A stretch of DNA of 63,209 bases, filler included, from Welwitschia mirabilis (Eukaryota), in the NCBI GenBank assembly GCA_051453625.1. It is 6 parts of one record of this genome, joined end to end, with 100 filler letters (N's around TTAATTAATTAA, not from the genome) between each part and the next. Parts side by side here need not be neighbours in the genome. Positions count along the whole stretch, not along the records: positions 60,940 to 63,209 come from JBOZIK010000001.1; 5 more parts are not named here. One strand, written 5' to 3'. Below the pieces are notes generated by a model. It searched no databases and had not been told where the DNA came from. It saw only the letters and a list, made by a program, of their open reading frames with translations. Shown in pieces: positions 61,445 to 63,209 of this stretch. Numbering within the stretch: position 1 is the stretch's first letter; each line of letters begins with the position of its first letter. A program made the translations under genes and the position numbers.

Positions 61445-63209
61445 TCAAAATCCTAAAATTCCTAGAGGGGGCTGAATATGAATAGTAATAAATATTAAAT
61501 CCAAAATAAATCTATTCTTTAAATAAATTAGTCAATATTCCAAATGGAAAATATATCTATAAAAAATTGTAAAATAGAAAAATAATTAGCCCATAAGATG
61601 TATAGTGGTTTGGCAATGTGCCTAATCTACTCCTTAAGAAGAGAGAATGATGTCGTCTTCTATAGTTTCTTTATCATTCTTGAACTAATGATTTTCTATA
61701 TAATCATCAAATCCTTATACAACAGTGATGATTTTCCAAGCTTATCATTAGTCTTTCACAATTGGAGTCTTTCAAAGTCTTAGACTCAATCATAAGAAAA
61801 GGAGAGGAAATGGAATTGTACCTCAAGCACAGATAAAATAGTATAGGATATAATCCAAATAATCATAGAATGTAGGATCATAAATTATAGATAAATCTCT
61901 AAATATTTATTTTCATTCACTTCACATAATAATATATGTGTAAAACCCTAATAAAGTAGATTTTAGCCCTTTTAAAGAGAAGGGAAAAATAGTTGTTGTA
62001 GGAAAACCCTGAAAGATGATTTCAAGACATGATAATATAATATTTTAATCAAATTTACATTTTCAATACAATTGAATGGNNNNNNNNNNNNNNNNNNNNN
62101 NNNNNNNNNNNNNNNNNNNNNNNNNNNNNNNNNNNNNNNNNNNNNNNNNNNNNNNNNNNNNNNNNNNNNNNNNNNNNNNAAAGGAGAGGAAATGGAATTG
62201 TACCTCAAGCACAGATGAAATAGTATAGGATCTAATCTAAATAATCATAGAATGTAGGATCATAAATTATAGATAAATCTCTAAATATTTATTTGCATTC
62301 ACTTCACATATTAATATATGTGTAAAACCCTAATAAAGTAGATTTTAGCCCTTTTAAAGAGAAGGAAAAAATAGTTGTTGTAGGAAAACCCTAAAAGATG
62401 ATTCAAAGACATGATAATATAATATTTTAATCAAATTTACATTTTCAATACAATTGAATGGCACAGCAGAAGGGAATATCTATTGAAAATTGTTGTGTTC
62501 TTATCTGTACTAGACCATTTTTCCAATGGTTTAAATAGGAGATGTCTACCTTTCAAACTTGGAACATCCTCACTCCCAAGTTATGGACATAAACTGTTAA
62601 AGTAGTTTAGATGTCTATACTATTAGTAGTATGGGGACATAAGCCCTAGAAAGGAGCAAACATCCACACCTACCATAGGTGCAGACTAAGAAAAACATGA
62701 ATAAAAGAGGGACATCTGGTCTATTTAGAATGGAAACATTCACACCTAATAATGGATAGTTATGTTTCCTACAAGGAGATGAAAATATTCTCTATTTGAG
62801 TGGAGATTTCTGGGCCTGAGAGCTATTACAAATACATTTTTATCACAAGAAAAGATGACATTCATCCTATTTTGAGTGGGAACATCTACATGAAAAGGTT
62901 ATCTTATTAACATAACTATAATGAGTGATTGCCGTTTTATCACTTGATTCATACAAATGTTTTTATCATTAAAATCTTCTACTTAGAATCTCCCCATTTT
63001 CAATGATGAAAAATCCAATACCTGAAGGACTTTTTCAGAATAACCTCCTCTTGAGATGTAGACTAGCTTTCCCTAAGTTTGATATTCTTGTTTAAATGAT
63101 AAAACTATTGTATCTCACATAGTATTAGCCATAAGCATTACTTCCTCTTTTATCATTATTGTTCTAAAATAAAATAAAAGATACTTAAAAAATATCCAAA
63201 AAAAGCATG
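61445..63209 (-). mobile_element. Sirevirus 3' end: PPT and 3' LTR (62987-61445), inserted into the Tork-like RNase H
   Basis: The minus strand has TCATCATTGAAAATGGGGAGAT followed by the LTR, which ends ATTCAGCCCCCTCTAGG...TTTTGA. Repeated GGATGT/AACATC motifs lie in U3. Confidence 0.75.

Overview
Very AT-rich eukaryotic DNA, almost certainly land plant, from a gapped scaffold assembly. It is a graveyard of old, nested retrotransposons, and no intact protein-coding gene is recognisable. It holds: several Athila-like Ty3/gypsy elements and LTRs, mostly non-autonomous derivatives; one decayed chromovirus-type Ty3/gypsy gag-pol; three Sirevirus (SIRE)-type Ty1/copia pieces, one nearly full length at 53.6-60.8 kb; a Tork-like copia 3' end; and L1-type LINE remnants, one of which can be pieced together across about 26 kb of nested insertions. 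Every element carries stops and frameshifts dominated by C>T/G>A changes. The least ordinary features are: (i) a ~1.4 kb minisatellite with a 27-27-26-19 bp higher-order structure and a decayed CpG-palindrome core, next to a decayed, apparently spliced minus-strand ORF (12.2-15.6 kb); (ii) recurrent CpG-palindromic motifs in the Athila-like and SIRE LTRs; (iii) two CpG-retaining islands (47.2 kb and 51.2-52.2 kb) that look like unmethylated host regulatory or transcribed sequence. Five 100-bp gaps contain an artificial TTAATTAATTAA linker, so continuity across them is not guaranteed. All motif calls were made by manual translation and comparison; no database search was run. Coordinates of decayed coding regions are approximate.
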